Of a DNA stretch of 64,000 nucleotides, positions 1-8,974 are shown piece after piece. The notes beneath the pieces were generated by a model. That model did not search any database, was not told the DNA's origin, and saw nothing but the letters and a program-made list of their open reading frames with translations. This DNA comes from Pseudomonadota bacterium. GTDB taxonomy: Bacteria > Myxococcota_A > UBA9042 > GCA-2863065. The DNA is taken from assembly GCA_947498315.1 (NCBI GenBank), contig CANMLD010000003.1:429-64428 (forward strand), given 5' to 3'. The translations under genes were made by a program, and so were the position numbers. The first letter of the stretch is position 1; every line of letters begins with the position of its first letter.

Positions 1-1
1 T

Positions 2-772
2 CGTAGCGGTGCAGAGGACGGTGGCTATCCACTCGACGAGCCCATCATCGTCAGTGAAGGCCAGTACCTCGTCGAAGTCGGCAGCGTCCGTGTGGAGGCG
101 AACAGGCTCCGCGTGGCCGTGCGCGCCGGCAAGGAGACGGTGGTCCCGACGGGCATGGTGCGTATCGAGGTCGAGACCGTCGCCTCGCAATCGCCGGACG
201 CGTGCGCCACATGGAGCGCCGCACTCGAAGTGTCTCTACGCCCAGTCGCTGGGGACGGTCCCATCGTGGCCAGAGCAGGTGAGTCGGAGGCGCCGCGAAG
301 CGCGTTGCAGCTCGTCCCGGGTTACTACCGGCTGCATTGGAACGGCGCGAGCGTCGAGGTCGAGGTGAAGCCCTGGACGGTCTATCACGTAGAGACGGGG
401 CTCACAGGGCCGTTCAGGAACGCCTCCTATGAAGTCGCTCTGACCGAGGGGTCAGAGAAGCGGATCCCGCTTTGTCAGCGCCGTGCAACCCGGCTCCTGG
501 CTCAGGCCTACGCCGCTAGCTTCATGGAGCCCATCTCCGAACCCCCGTTCCGCGAACGCGTTTGGGGACGACTGGTCGTCTCTTCCGACTCCCGACGTAA
601 GTCCGCGTTCGAGACGCTCAAACGTCCGCGAGAGCGTCCGAGTGAGCTATCCGCTGTCGAAGCCTTGCTCGAGCCCGTTTGGTCCGAGGCTCCGTCGACA
701 GTGCCGGCTGCACCCGCCCCCGAAGCCCCGCCTGCGCCGGCGCCCGAAGCCCCGCCTGCGCCGGCGCCCTGA
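2..772 (+). CDS. Hypothetical protein, 5'-partial (reading frame is open back to the window edge); C-terminus carries a PAPEAPPAPAPEAPPAPAP low-complexity tail
   Basis: Frame 2 has no stop between position 2 and the listed ATG at 92. Stop codon at 770-772 lies 2 nt before the ATG (775) of the next CDS, suggesting coupling. No recognisable family motif. Confidence 0.3.
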   Translation, partial: RSGAEDGGYPLDEPIIVSEGQYLVEVGSVRVEANRLRVAVRAGKETVVPTGMVRIEVETVASQSPDACATWSAALEVSLRPVAGDGPIVARAGESEAPRSALQLVPGYYRLHWNGASVEVEVKPWTVYHVETGLTGPFRNASYEVALTEGSEKRIPLCQRRATRLLAQAYAASFMEPISEPPFRERVWGRLVVSSDSRRKSAFETLKRPRERPSELSAVEALLEPVWSEAPSTVPAAPAPEAPPAPAPEAPPAPAP

Positions 773-774
773 AC

Positions 775-1602
775 ATGAAGATATCGTTGACCAACGCCGT
801 CTTTCTGCGTGGCTGTGCTGCGATGGTCGCGACCATCGGCATCCTCGCAGCGTCGGCTGCACTCGGTGGCGAACGCCTCGTCGTGCTGGTCGAAGAACAA
901 CGGCTCGAAGGGGGCCCGCGCTTCTGGTGGCATTGTGGTGAGCGCGCGGAGCTCCCCTTCATCGACGCGTTGCTGCCCCACCTGGTAAGGCTCGGCCGAG
1001 TCACCATAAAACGTTGCGGTCCGGATGGCCTGCACGAGACCTTCCGTCGACCGGGTCTGCGAGCCTCTGACGTCGTCAACATCGCCAGTGCCCTCGATGG
1101 CGACGAGGCCCTCGCCGGGACCGTCCGCTATCAAGTCCGAACAGGAGACCCCTCCCTCGGCCTCGTCGCCGTGAACGCACGCGCGGAGCTGCGCTGGACC
1201 GCGCTCGTGCCGCGTGCACAGGAGCTCGGTACGCTCTCGCTCTCGGTCGATGGCTTCGCGCCGACGCTGGGAGAGGCGCAGGCCAAAGCGCGCGAGCTCT
1301 TGCTAAGTCAAGCCATCGACGGCGTGGACGTGTTGCTCGCAGGCCTCGCTGGGGTGAGTGATGTCGCGGCCGCTGACCGCCTTCGGATCATCCTCGAGGT
1401 TGGCGGTCCTATTGCGAAGCGACTCGCGTTGGCACCGATCCTTGCGGGTTTCCCAGGCGTGTCGTCGGCGCGGCTTCACGCGGTTCGGAAGGCGAGCACC
1501 ATCTTCGAGCTCACCTGCAAAGGCCCCGTGGACCCTGCACGCACAGCCGTGACGGCGGGCCTCGATGCGGCCCGCATCGCGTGGTCCTTCGACGAACCCT
1601 GA
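775..1602 (+). CDS. Hypothetical secreted protein (275 aa)
   Basis: ATG at 775 follows the upstream stop. N-terminus MKISLTNAVFLRGCAAMVATIGILAASAALG is signal-peptide-like. The upstream part of the longer listed ORF (679) overlaps the previous gene and is likely not translated. Confidence 0.4.
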   Translation: MKISLTNAVFLRGCAAMVATIGILAASAALGGERLVVLVEEQRLEGGPRFWWHCGERAELPFIDALLPHLVRLGRVTIKRCGPDGLHETFRRPGLRASDVVNIASALDGDEALAGTVRYQVRTGDPSLGLVAVNARAELRWTALVPRAQELGTLSLSVDGFAPTLGEAQAKARELLLSQAIDGVDVLLAGLAGVSDVAAADRLRIILEVGGPIAKRLALAPILAGFPGVSSARLHAVRKASTIFELTCKGPVDPARTAVTAGLDAARIAWSFDEP

Positions 1603-1899
1603 TCTCCGTCAACCCCCACTCGCACACCGTCAATTCCGGCACGCCTCGACGTGCCTTGTGTAGAGGAATTCAACACTCGTCCCCAGCGTGCCGTGGCCAC
1701 TTGCCGACGTGCCTACCCTGGCCGCGCGACCTAACGGCTTGGAATCAACAAGCTCCTCGAGATCGGCGGTGAGTTGGCAGGCAGAGGCCCCGTCGCCGGA
1801 GACCTTGGCGTAATTCTTGCAGAGCTAAAGCCCCCGCCGCCCCCTCCCTCGACGGTGACTTCGCGTGATCGCCCCACGCGCCGAAGGATACAAAGCCCC

Positions 1900-4800
1900 A
1901 TGCGGATGAAGCCCCTCAGCTCTCGGACCTTGCACCTCACGGCTGCTCTTTTGCTCGGTCTTGGCCTCACGGGTTGCGCCGAGATCGTTCGCGACTTCGT
2001 CGGGGAGCAGGTGGACGGCGCGGATGGCGTGGTTGTCCCGCCCGACGACACAGCTGACCCGGGCCAAGTCATCCCCGATCCCGATCCCGCCGACAACGAC
2101 CTCCGCATCACAAGCCTCGACCCCATGCAAGGGCGGACGGGCGGCGCTGAGCTCGTCACGATCGCCGGCGAGGGCTATCAAGATGGCATGAAGGTCTACT
2201 TCGGCAGCACACTCGCTGCAGAGGTCGACGTCCTCTCTGAGTACGTCGTGCATGTTCGCACCCCCGCTCACGCGCCAGGGCCGGTCGACCTTCGGATCGT
2301 GCGCCAGGATGGCGCAGAGACGGTGCGACTCAACGCGTTCAAGTTCAAAGACGCCATCCGAGTCGACGAGCTGAATCCGACATCAGGTCCCCGTGAAGGT
2401 GGGACCGCCGTCACCGTTCGCGGCGAAGGGTTCACTAAGGAGACGCGGGTCCTCATCGACGGGCGTCTCCTCGTCGACAGCCGGGTCGTCGATGGACGCA
2501 CCATCCTCGGGATCGCGCCGCCGGGCAGCCGGGCCGGCGCCGTAGACGTCCTCGCGTTCACGGATTGGACGAACGCCACAGCGCACGGCGCCTACCGCTA
2601 CGCCGAAGCGCCTCGCATCGACCTCATCGAGCCGGCCATCGGCAGCACCACCTCGACGACCCTCGTGACGCTCATCGGCCCGGGGCTCTCGAAGTCGGCC
2701 CGACTCGCGTTCGGCGACGTTGAGGCCAACATCGTCTCGGTACGCGAGGATGGCGTCGTGGCGCGCGTCGCCGCTCAGCCGGCCGGTGTCGTGGACGTGT
2801 CGGTCGTCACTGCCGACGGTGAGACCATTGCGCCCGGCGCGTTCGCCTTCGTGGACGGCGGGATGACGCCAGCGCTGCTCACCGTGTGGCCGCTAACGGG
2901 CCCTGAGTCCGGTGGCACGATGGTCGCCTTCGGGCTCTCTGGGGTGTTTGGGACGCCCGAGGTCCGTTTCGGCGGCCTCCCGGCGCCGCTCGTTCACTTC
3001 GATGGCGCGACGCTCGTGGTGCGCGCCCCCGCTGGCGAAGGTGAGACGCCAATGGTGGTCTTCGCCGATGGTGCCACGCTCACGGCCGCGTCTCCCTTCG
3101 TCTACACGCGAACAGCGTCCATAGCCAACGTCGCCCCAAGCAGCGGCTCGACCCAAGGTGGCGAGCTCGTCACGCTGAAGGGTGAGGGCTTCCCGGTTGG
3201 AGCGTCGGTCCTCTTCGGCGGCGTGCCGGCGATCATCGTCGATGGCAGCCCGGTCAAGTTGGTCGTCCGCACGCCGGTGGGCAGTCCGGGCGCCGTGCCG
3301 GTGAGAGTCAGCGGTGGTGATGTCGACGTGACGCTGCCCGCAGGGTTCACCTATACGGCGCCGGGCGGACCGGTGCTCTTTGCAGTTCAGCCCAATACCG
3401 GAGGGATCGCGGGCGGCACGCTCCTGCGCTTCTACGGGTCCGGGTTCGACGCCGCCACCGAGGTGAAGTTCGCGAACAAAGTGCTCCCCAACATCGAGGT
3501 CATCTCTCCAACCGAGCTCCGGGCGCGCAGCATCCGCGCTGACGAGCCGTCGACGGTTGACGTTCGTTTGACCTGGGCGGCCTCGCCGTCACACCCGGCT
3601 GGCGAGCAGCTCCTCGGCGACGCCTACACCTACTTCGATCCCAGCTCACCCTACGGCGGGTCGTGGGGACCGGCCATCCGCGGCGCCATGAACATCACGG
3701 TGCTCGACCTCACAACGACGGAGCCGGTCACGGCGGCCTTCGTCATTCTCGGCAGCGACCCGTCGACCCCGTACCAAGGGTTCACCGATGACCGTGGGCA
3801 GATCATCTTCTCCGGCATTGGCCTCGAGGGTCCGCAGATGGTTACGGCGTCGAAGCTCGACTACACGGCTTACAGCGTGGTCGAGTACGACGCGGAGAAC
3901 GTCACCGTCCACCTCATCCCGTTCTACCCGTCGACGTCGTCACCGGGCGGTGGCGGAGGTGGTGGTGGTGAGCCACTCGTCACGCCGACGATTGAGGGTC
4001 GTGTGCTCGGCCTCGGCAAGTACATCGTCCCGCCGCCCAAGCCCTGCTCCTACATGGCGCAGAAGGGGCTTGTGGGCGTAGATGGCACCGCGAGTTGCGC
4101 TCCCTGCGCCGACGCCGCCGACTGTGGCGACGGCTACCAATGTTTCGACATCGCGGGTGAAGGGCCGCGCTGCGCGCTCTCGTGCCAGAACGACGCACAG
4201 TGTCCAGAGGGCTATGCCTGTGGCGCGGGTGTCAGTGGGTCAGCGGCGTGTATCCCCGATCCAGGCCGTCGCGCTGCCTATTGCGTCACTACCAACCACG
4301 CGCTTTGGGAGGATCCGGTCCCGGCTCCAGGCCAGATCATCCTCGGTGGCGACACGTCCAAGGCCTGGGCCGACGCCAACACGTACTACAAGATGAACAC
4401 CCGCTTCGGCCCACTCGCGGTCATCTGCCTCGGCGGCGTCGTCCGGGACGAAAACGACCTCGCCGGCTCCTTCGTGCCGCTGGCAATGGGCGTAGCGCGT
4501 AGCCTCGACATGAAGTCGGGCGACGTCATCACCGGCCTCGACGTGATGCTCGACATCCCCCTTCGTAAAGACGTGCCGGTGCGCCTCGATGGCGCGCCGC
4601 TCTGGTACGTCGACGTGTTTGGTGCCGAAGTACCGACGAACGTGCGCTTCCGTGTTGCGCTCGACTTCGGCGCCGAGGGCTACTGGACGGTCCGTGACGA
4701 GACACGCGCGGGCGTCGGTGACTTCCTCCTCGACCGCCAGCCGGAGAACCTGGGCGGCAAGCTGGACGGCGTCAGCTACGAGTTTCTGGCCGAGGTCACA

Positions 4801-6075
4801 GGGCAGCAGTTCGAGATCAGTGGGACCCAAGCCCACCGCGTGAAGATCCTCGACACCGACACACTGTTCAACCTCATTGACGGCTCCTGGAAGGCGCAAG
4901 CCAGCGGGATCGAAGAAGATCTCTTCAGCGTCTGGGGCACCGGCGACGACCGACTCTGGGCCGTCGGCGCCCGCGGCCGCATCGCGCACCGCAAGGGCGG
5001 CGCCTGGTTCCCGCAGTTCTCGCCCGTCACATCGACGCTCCGCGGCGTCTCCGGCGCCGGCCCGAACTTCGCTCTCGCGGTCGGCGATGGCGGCACCATC
5101 GTCGCTTTCGACGGCACTCAGTGGCTCGTCGAACCCTCCGGCACCACGGCCGACCTGATGGCGACGTGTGGCACCGGCCCCTACCACAGCTTCGCGGTAG
5201 GGACAGGTACCGCGCTCTATCGCGACGAGACTGGCTGGCACCCGCTCCCGAACACGCCCCCCGTCGCCTTCCGTGGCGCCTATTGCCCGGCGCCGACGAC
5301 GCTCTGGGCTGTCGGTGATGACGGATTGCTCTGGACCTTCGATCGTCTCACGGGCGTCTGGTCCAGTGAGTCACTGACGAGCGGGCAGGGCATCGCGCTG
5401 AACGCCATCGCGGGTCGTTCAGCGAGCGACGTCTGGATCGTTGGCTCGCTCGGGACCATCTTGCACCGTACCGCCCCGGGCCAGGTCACTCGTCACGAGT
5501 CCGGCACCGTGGTGACGCTGCACGCCATCGCTCTGGCTGCAGACGGTCGGGCGGCCGCCGTGGGGGCCCGCGGCGCCCTCCTCACCTGGGACGGGCTCGG
5601 CTGGGCGCGAGGGACCAGTGAGACCCACGCCGGCGACTTGCGCGGAGTCGCGTTCCTCGACGACCCCGAGGTGGGTGCCATCGCCGCCGGATCTCAAGCC
5701 GTCACACTCGGGCCTATGCTCAGCTTCCCACGACTCCATGATCCGGCCGTAACCTCCCTGACCGGTGGCTCTTTCGAGTACCACGTCCAGTGGGACACCC
5801 TCCCGGGAGCGCTGCCGACCTTCAACTTCATCGAGATCACGGCCTTCGATTTCCCGGTCTGGTGGACCGTCGTCGAAGCCCAGTCCCAGGAAGTCACCTA
5901 CCCGAACCTCATGGCCATTCAGGGGATCTCGCCGTTCATCTCGCCGTCGCCTTTGCTCACGGTGCGCCGAATCCTCAAGCCCGGCGTCACGGTCGACAAC
6001 TTCGACTTCTGGGACACGTACGACCCGTGGGACTGGCAGAGCTGGGCGGAGGATGCGGTCTTCATCTCGCCGTGA
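1900..6075 (+). CDS. Large lipoprotein with ~6 IPT/TIG-like Ig domains, a Cys-rich module and a C-terminal beta-propeller-like repeat region
   Basis: Start ATG at 1900 gives MRMKPLSSRTLHLTAALLLGLGLTGC (signal peptide + lipobox). Six repeats of the pattern 'I.sldP..G...GGt.VTi.G.GF......V.FGg' are IPT/TIG-like. Cys-rich block CAPCADAADCGDGYQCFDIAGEGPRCALSCQNDAQCPEGYACG. C-terminal repeats 'LW/VWAVG..G.I.HR...W' typical of Myxococcota beta-propeller repeats. Strong GC3 bias. Confidence 0.7.
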   Translation: MRMKPLSSRTLHLTAALLLGLGLTGCAEIVRDFVGEQVDGADGVVVPPDDTADPGQVIPDPDPADNDLRITSLDPMQGRTGGAELVTIAGEGYQDGMKVYFGSTLAAEVDVLSEYVVHVRTPAHAPGPVDLRIVRQDGAETVRLNAFKFKDAIRVDELNPTSGPREGGTAVTVRGEGFTKETRVLIDGRLLVDSRVVDGRTILGIAPPGSRAGAVDVLAFTDWTNATAHGAYRYAEAPRIDLIEPAIGSTTSTTLVTLIGPGLSKSARLAFGDVEANIVSVREDGVVARVAAQPAGVVDVSVVTADGETIAPGAFAFVDGGMTPALLTVWPLTGPESGGTMVAFGLSGVFGTPEVRFGGLPAPLVHFDGATLVVRAPAGEGETPMVVFADGATLTAASPFVYTRTASIANVAPSSGSTQGGELVTLKGEGFPVGASVLFGGVPAIIVDGSPVKLVVRTPVGSPGAVPVRVSGGDVDVTLPAGFTYTAPGGPVLFAVQPNTGGIAGGTLLRFYGSGFDAATEVKFANKVLPNIEVISPTELRARSIRADEPSTVDVRLTWAASPSHPAGEQLLGDAYTYFDPSSPYGGSWGPAIRGAMNITVLDLTTTEPVTAAFVILGSDPSTPYQGFTDDRGQIIFSGIGLEGPQMVTASKLDYTAYSVVEYDAENVTVHLIPFYPSTSSPGGGGGGGGEPLVTPTIEGRVLGLGKYIVPPPKPCSYMAQKGLVGVDGTASCAPCADAADCGDGYQCFDIAGEGPRCALSCQNDAQCPEGYACGAGVSGSAACIPDPGRRAAYCVTTNHALWEDPVPAPGQIILGGDTSKAWADANTYYKMNTRFGPLAVICLGGVVRDENDLAGSFVPLAMGVARSLDMKSGDVITGLDVMLDIPLRKDVPVRLDGAPLWYVDVFGAEVPTNVRFRVALDFGAEGYWTVRDETRAGVGDFLLDRQPENLGGKLDGVSYEFLAEVTGQQFEISGTQAHRVKILDTDTLFNLIDGSWKAQASGIEEDLFSVWGTGDDRLWAVGARGRIAHRKGGAWFPQFSPVTSTLRGVSGAGPNFALAVGDGGTIVAFDGTQWLVEPSGTTADLMATCGTGPYHSFAVGTGTALYRDETGWHPLPNTPPVAFRGAYCPAPTTLWAVGDDGLLWTFDRLTGVWSSESLTSGQGIALNAIAGRSASDVWIVGSLGTILHRTAPGQVTRHESGTVVTLHAIALAADGRAAAVGARGALLTWDGLGWARGTSETHAGDLRGVAFLDDPEVGAIAAGSQAVTLGPMLSFPRLHDPAVTSLTGGSFEYHVQWDTLPGALPTFNFIEITAFDFPVWWTVVEAQSQEVTYPNLMAIQGISPFISPSPLLTVRRILKPGVTVDNFDFWDTYDPWDWQSWAEDAVFISP

Positions 6076-6078
6076 GGT

Positions 6079-6321
6079 TCAGCGGAAGATCGGATCCGCC
6101 GACGTCGATTGCATCGCGGGGAGGAAAGACTTCTTGAGTCTGAGCAACGGATCGAATCTCGCCGCCTGACGCGCATCGGTCCACGTCGCTTGGGGGCGGC
6201 GCATCTCGCCGTCGATGAGTTGTTCGCCGAAGTCGTAGAACTTGGCCTTCTCGGGGCGCGCATCATCAGCAAACGCGAGGGCAGGGGTCAGTAGCAGCAT
6301 CAGCGGTAGCAGCAGGCGCAT
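6079..6321 (-). CDS. Small secreted protein (80 aa), GltF/NfsF-like by size and position (inferred); paralog of 7099..7350
   Basis: ATG at 6321..6319 with GAGG ~7 nt upstream. MRLLLPLMLLLTPALAFA is a signal peptide. Mature part KAKFYDFGEQLIDGE..TDARQ..FDPLLRLKKSFLPAM is conserved with the 83-aa ORF at 7099..7350. Confidence 0.6.
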   Translation of the reverse strand: MRLLLPLMLLLTPALAFADDARPEKAKFYDFGEQLIDGEMRRPQATWTDARQAARFDPLLRLKKSFLPAMQSTSADPIFR

Positions 6322-6437
6322 GAGAGACCTCGGAAGGTAGGGGTGATGACGTCGCCGTCGCGCAAGCGCGCCACGGGCAGGCGGATTCCTAAAGACGCGC
6401 GATGCCACGTCGCGATCTCGAGTCCCCCGAAGAAAGT

Positions 6438-7031
6438 TCAAACGCCCAGAAGATTCAGGCCCGCGGCCAGCAGGATGGCGCCGATAACGCCGAAGAGCGC
6501 GATCCGGTAGGGGATCCCGTTCGTCAGCCGTGCCGGATCGACGTCCGTGAGGACGCGACTCTTCGGCTGATACCAAATGGGCTGGCCAGGGACGAGGCGA
6601 ACCTCCGTGACGTGGTAGCGGGCGCCTTCCACGCGGCGCTTGTCGGCGTCTGGATCGCCATCGGAGCGGCCGGGGAGGGCGGCCAGCTCGGCGTCGACCT
6701 TCAGCCGAAGCTCAACGGGCAGACCGTTATAGTCCGTGGTCCACTCATCGCCGCGGGCGGGGCCGAGAGCAAGCTCGGTTCCGGTGAGGTCGATGGGCAC
6801 CTCGCGGCTCTCCGAGGGGATCCACATGCCGAACGCGCCCCACTCGGCGCCTTCGAGGCCGTCGTCCACACCGGCGTCGAGACGACGACGCTGTACGGTC
6901 CAACTTCGGAAGACCGGGACCCCGACCTCGTCACTTGGGACGATGCGGCCCGACAGCCACGGGGGTCTATAGCGGAAGACTCGACGCGTCCAAACCAAGG
7001 CGACCACGATGGACGCGGCACCGAGGCACAA
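6438..7031 (-). CDS. Membrane protein with N- and C-terminal TM helices flanking a beta-rich core (DUF3592-like topology)
   Basis: N-terminus MCLGAASIVVALVWTRRVF and C-terminus IPYRIALFGVIGAILLAAGLNLLGV are both hydrophobic. Lies between the two small secreted paralogs on the same strand. Confidence 0.45.
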   Translation of the reverse strand: MCLGAASIVVALVWTRRVFRYRPPWLSGRIVPSDEVGVPVFRSWTVQRRRLDAGVDDGLEGAEWGAFGMWIPSESREVPIDLTGTELALGPARGDEWTTDYNGLPVELRLKVDAELAALPGRSDGDPDADKRRVEGARYHVTEVRLVPGQPIWYQPKSRVLTDVDPARLTNGIPYRIALFGVIGAILLAAGLNLLGV

Positions 7032-7098
7032 AAAGACGATGGCCGACAGTGAGATGGACAGGGGGCCGCTTCCGCAGCGTGGTGGCCGAAACCAACCG

Positions 7099-7350
7099 CT
7101 ACTTGAAGACGCGGTCCTTACTGGTCTGGAACATGGCCGGCAGGAACGACTTCTTCAGGCTGAGCAGGCGGTCGAACTTCGCCTTCTGGCGAGCGTCCGT
7201 GTAGAGCGCCGTCGGCTTCTTGATCTCGCCGTCGATGAGCTGGTCGCTGAAGTCGTAGAACTTCGCCTTTTCGCCGGAACCTTCCGGGGGGGCCGCGAGA
7301 GCAGCGCTAGAGGCAGTCAGGAAGAAAGCGAGAGTCAGGAGTCGGCGCAT
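7099..7350 (-). CDS. Small secreted protein (83 aa), paralog of 6079..6321; GltF/NfsF-like by size and position (inferred)
   Basis: ATG at 7350 with GGAGG 7 nt upstream. Signal peptide MRRLLTLAFFLTASSAALAAP. Shares the motif KAKFYDFSDQLIDGE..TDARQKAKFDRLLSLKKSFLPAM with its paralog. Even the nucleotide context around both start codons is conserved (gcgcatgaga.acctc). Confidence 0.65.
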   Translation of the reverse strand: MRRLLTLAFFLTASSAALAAPPEGSGEKAKFYDFSDQLIDGEIKKPTALYTDARQKAKFDRLLSLKKSFLPAMFQTSKDRVFK

Positions 7351-7408
7351 GAGAACCTCCGTGGTTCGTGCTTCAGACTAAAGCGTACGCAGCGTCACTT
7401 GTAAAGTG

Positions 7409-8971
7409 TCAGACCTGACCGCCGCCCGCGGGGGCGGGTTGGACAGCCGGCTCGGGGGCCGGGGCGGGCTCGGCAGGAGCGGGCTCAGGTGCCTTCGGGG
7501 CGTCGCCTTCGGGCGCCTTCGGGGCGTCGCCTTCGGGCGCCTTCGGGGCGTCGCCTTCCGGAGCGGTGCCGCCTTCCGGCGCGCCCTCTTCCGGCATCTT
7601 CATCTCTGTCGGTTGATCGAAGAGGCCCTGCTTCACGGCGTCGTCGAGTGCTTTTGCGTTCATCGCCGCTGGGTGTGTCGGGGGCAGGTTGCCCTCCTTA
7701 ACGTAGCGGCTGTAGAACTCGATGGCCTTGATGGTGTCTTCCTTCGTGCCCTTCTTCTGATAGAGCTTGCCGATCTCCTCATAGAGGTTGACGCGACGGC
7801 CATCGAGCTTGATGGCCTTCTCGTAGCTGGCGATCGACTCGTCGAACTTGTTCAAGCCGAGCAGGCAGGTGCCGAGGCCCACGATGGCTTCGACGTTGTT
7901 GCTTTCGAGCTTGAGCACGCTGTCGAAACGCTCTTTGGCCCCTTCGTAGTTCAAGAACTCGAGGTAGATCTTGCCGAGGTTCAGGTGCGCCGCGACGTTG
8001 GCCGGGTCGAGCTTGATGGCCGTCGTGAAGTGCTTGACCGCCAGCGGGAGATTGTTCGTGCGGACGTAGACCGTCCCCACGTTCGTGTGGGCTTCGACCG
8101 AGTTCGGGTCGAGCGTCAGCACCTTCTGCTTGAAGATCCACTCCGCGAAGTTGAGTTGCCCCGCCTGGAGGAAGACGAGGCCGCGCGAGTTGAGCGCGGT
8201 GACGTTCTCCGGGTCGGTGATGAGGACCTGCTTGACGTGCTCTTCGGCGCGGTCCGACTGGCCCTTGACGAGCCAGTAGAGTGCGAGGCCGTTGTTGGCG
8301 GGGACGTTCTCGAAGTCCTGGGCGATGACCTCGTCGAACGTGGCTTTCGACTTCCCGAGCAGCTGCTCGGATTCCGCGATCTTACCGGTCTCGATGAGGT
8401 TCTTCGCCTTGGCGAGGTAGATCTTACCAACGAAGGCCTTGGCGTCCGCGCTCTCCGGGTTCGCCTTGATCGCGCGCTGGTAGGCCTCGAGGGCCTTGTC
8501 CGCCTGACCCTGCTTCTCGAAGACGGTGCCGATGTTGAAGTACGGCTCGAGGAAGGAGGGGTCGATCTCAATCGCCTTCTCGAATGACGCCAGCGCCGCC
8601 GAGTAGTCGGGCGGCACCGACAGCGATGACTGGACGCCCTTGCGGAACTCGTCCTGAGCATCACGCTTCACGCCCTCGACGTAGACCGCTTCGGACTCCG
8701 CGTAGCCGGCCGACTTGCTCTCGAGGTCGATACACTTGCTGTTGTCACAGACCCAGCCTGGGCCAAGCTTCGACTGGCAGTCCGACGTCTCCTTGCACTC
8801 GAAGCCGGGGGGCGCCTCGGACTCGGTCGTCTTCAACTTCCCGTCGTCGACCGGCTTGTCGACCGGGGTGGTCGTGCAAGCGACGCCTGCGAACAGAAAG
8901 GCCGCCAAGGCGGTGAGCTGGATGAACAGAGGCTGAACGGCCGCCGTCGCGTTCTGGATGAAGTCACGCAT
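7409..8971 (-). CDS. TPR-repeat lipoprotein (520 aa) with a C-terminal APEGDAPK repeat tail; GltE/NfsE-like position
   Basis: Signal + lipobox (LFAGVAC). Multiple TPR-like repeats (A..Y..AIK..P.....Y.N.G.....G). Low-complexity C-terminus encoded by perfect 24-bp DNA repeats. Its start lies 3 nt from the stop of the upstream TPR gene. Confidence 0.75.
   Translation of the reverse strand: MRDFIQNATAAVQPLFIQLTALAAFLFAGVACTTTPVDKPVDDGKLKTTESEAPPGFECKETSDCQSKLGPGWVCDNSKCIDLESKSAGYAESEAVYVEGVKRDAQDEFRKGVQSSLSVPPDYSAALASFEKAIEIDPSFLEPYFNIGTVFEKQGQADKALEAYQRAIKANPESADAKAFVGKIYLAKAKNLIETGKIAESEQLLGKSKATFDEVIAQDFENVPANNGLALYWLVKGQSDRAEEHVKQVLITDPENVTALNSRGLVFLQAGQLNFAEWIFKQKVLTLDPNSVEAHTNVGTVYVRTNNLPLAVKHFTTAIKLDPANVAAHLNLGKIYLEFLNYEGAKERFDSVLKLESNNVEAIVGLGTCLLGLNKFDESIASYEKAIKLDGRRVNLYEEIGKLYQKKGTKEDTIKAIEFYSRYVKEGNLPPTHPAAMNAKALDDAVKQGLFDQPTEMKMPEEGAPEGGTAPEGDAPKAPEGDAPKAPEGDAPKAPEPAPAEPAPAPEPAVQPAPAGGGQV
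7489..7562. repeat. Perfect tandem repeat, 24-bp unit (gccttcggggcgtcgccttcgggc) x3, encoding (APEGDAPK)n in the TPR lipoprotein C-terminus
   Basis: Read directly from sequence at 7491-7514, 7515-7538 and 7539-7562. Confidence 0.85.
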
Positions 8972-8974
8972 GGC

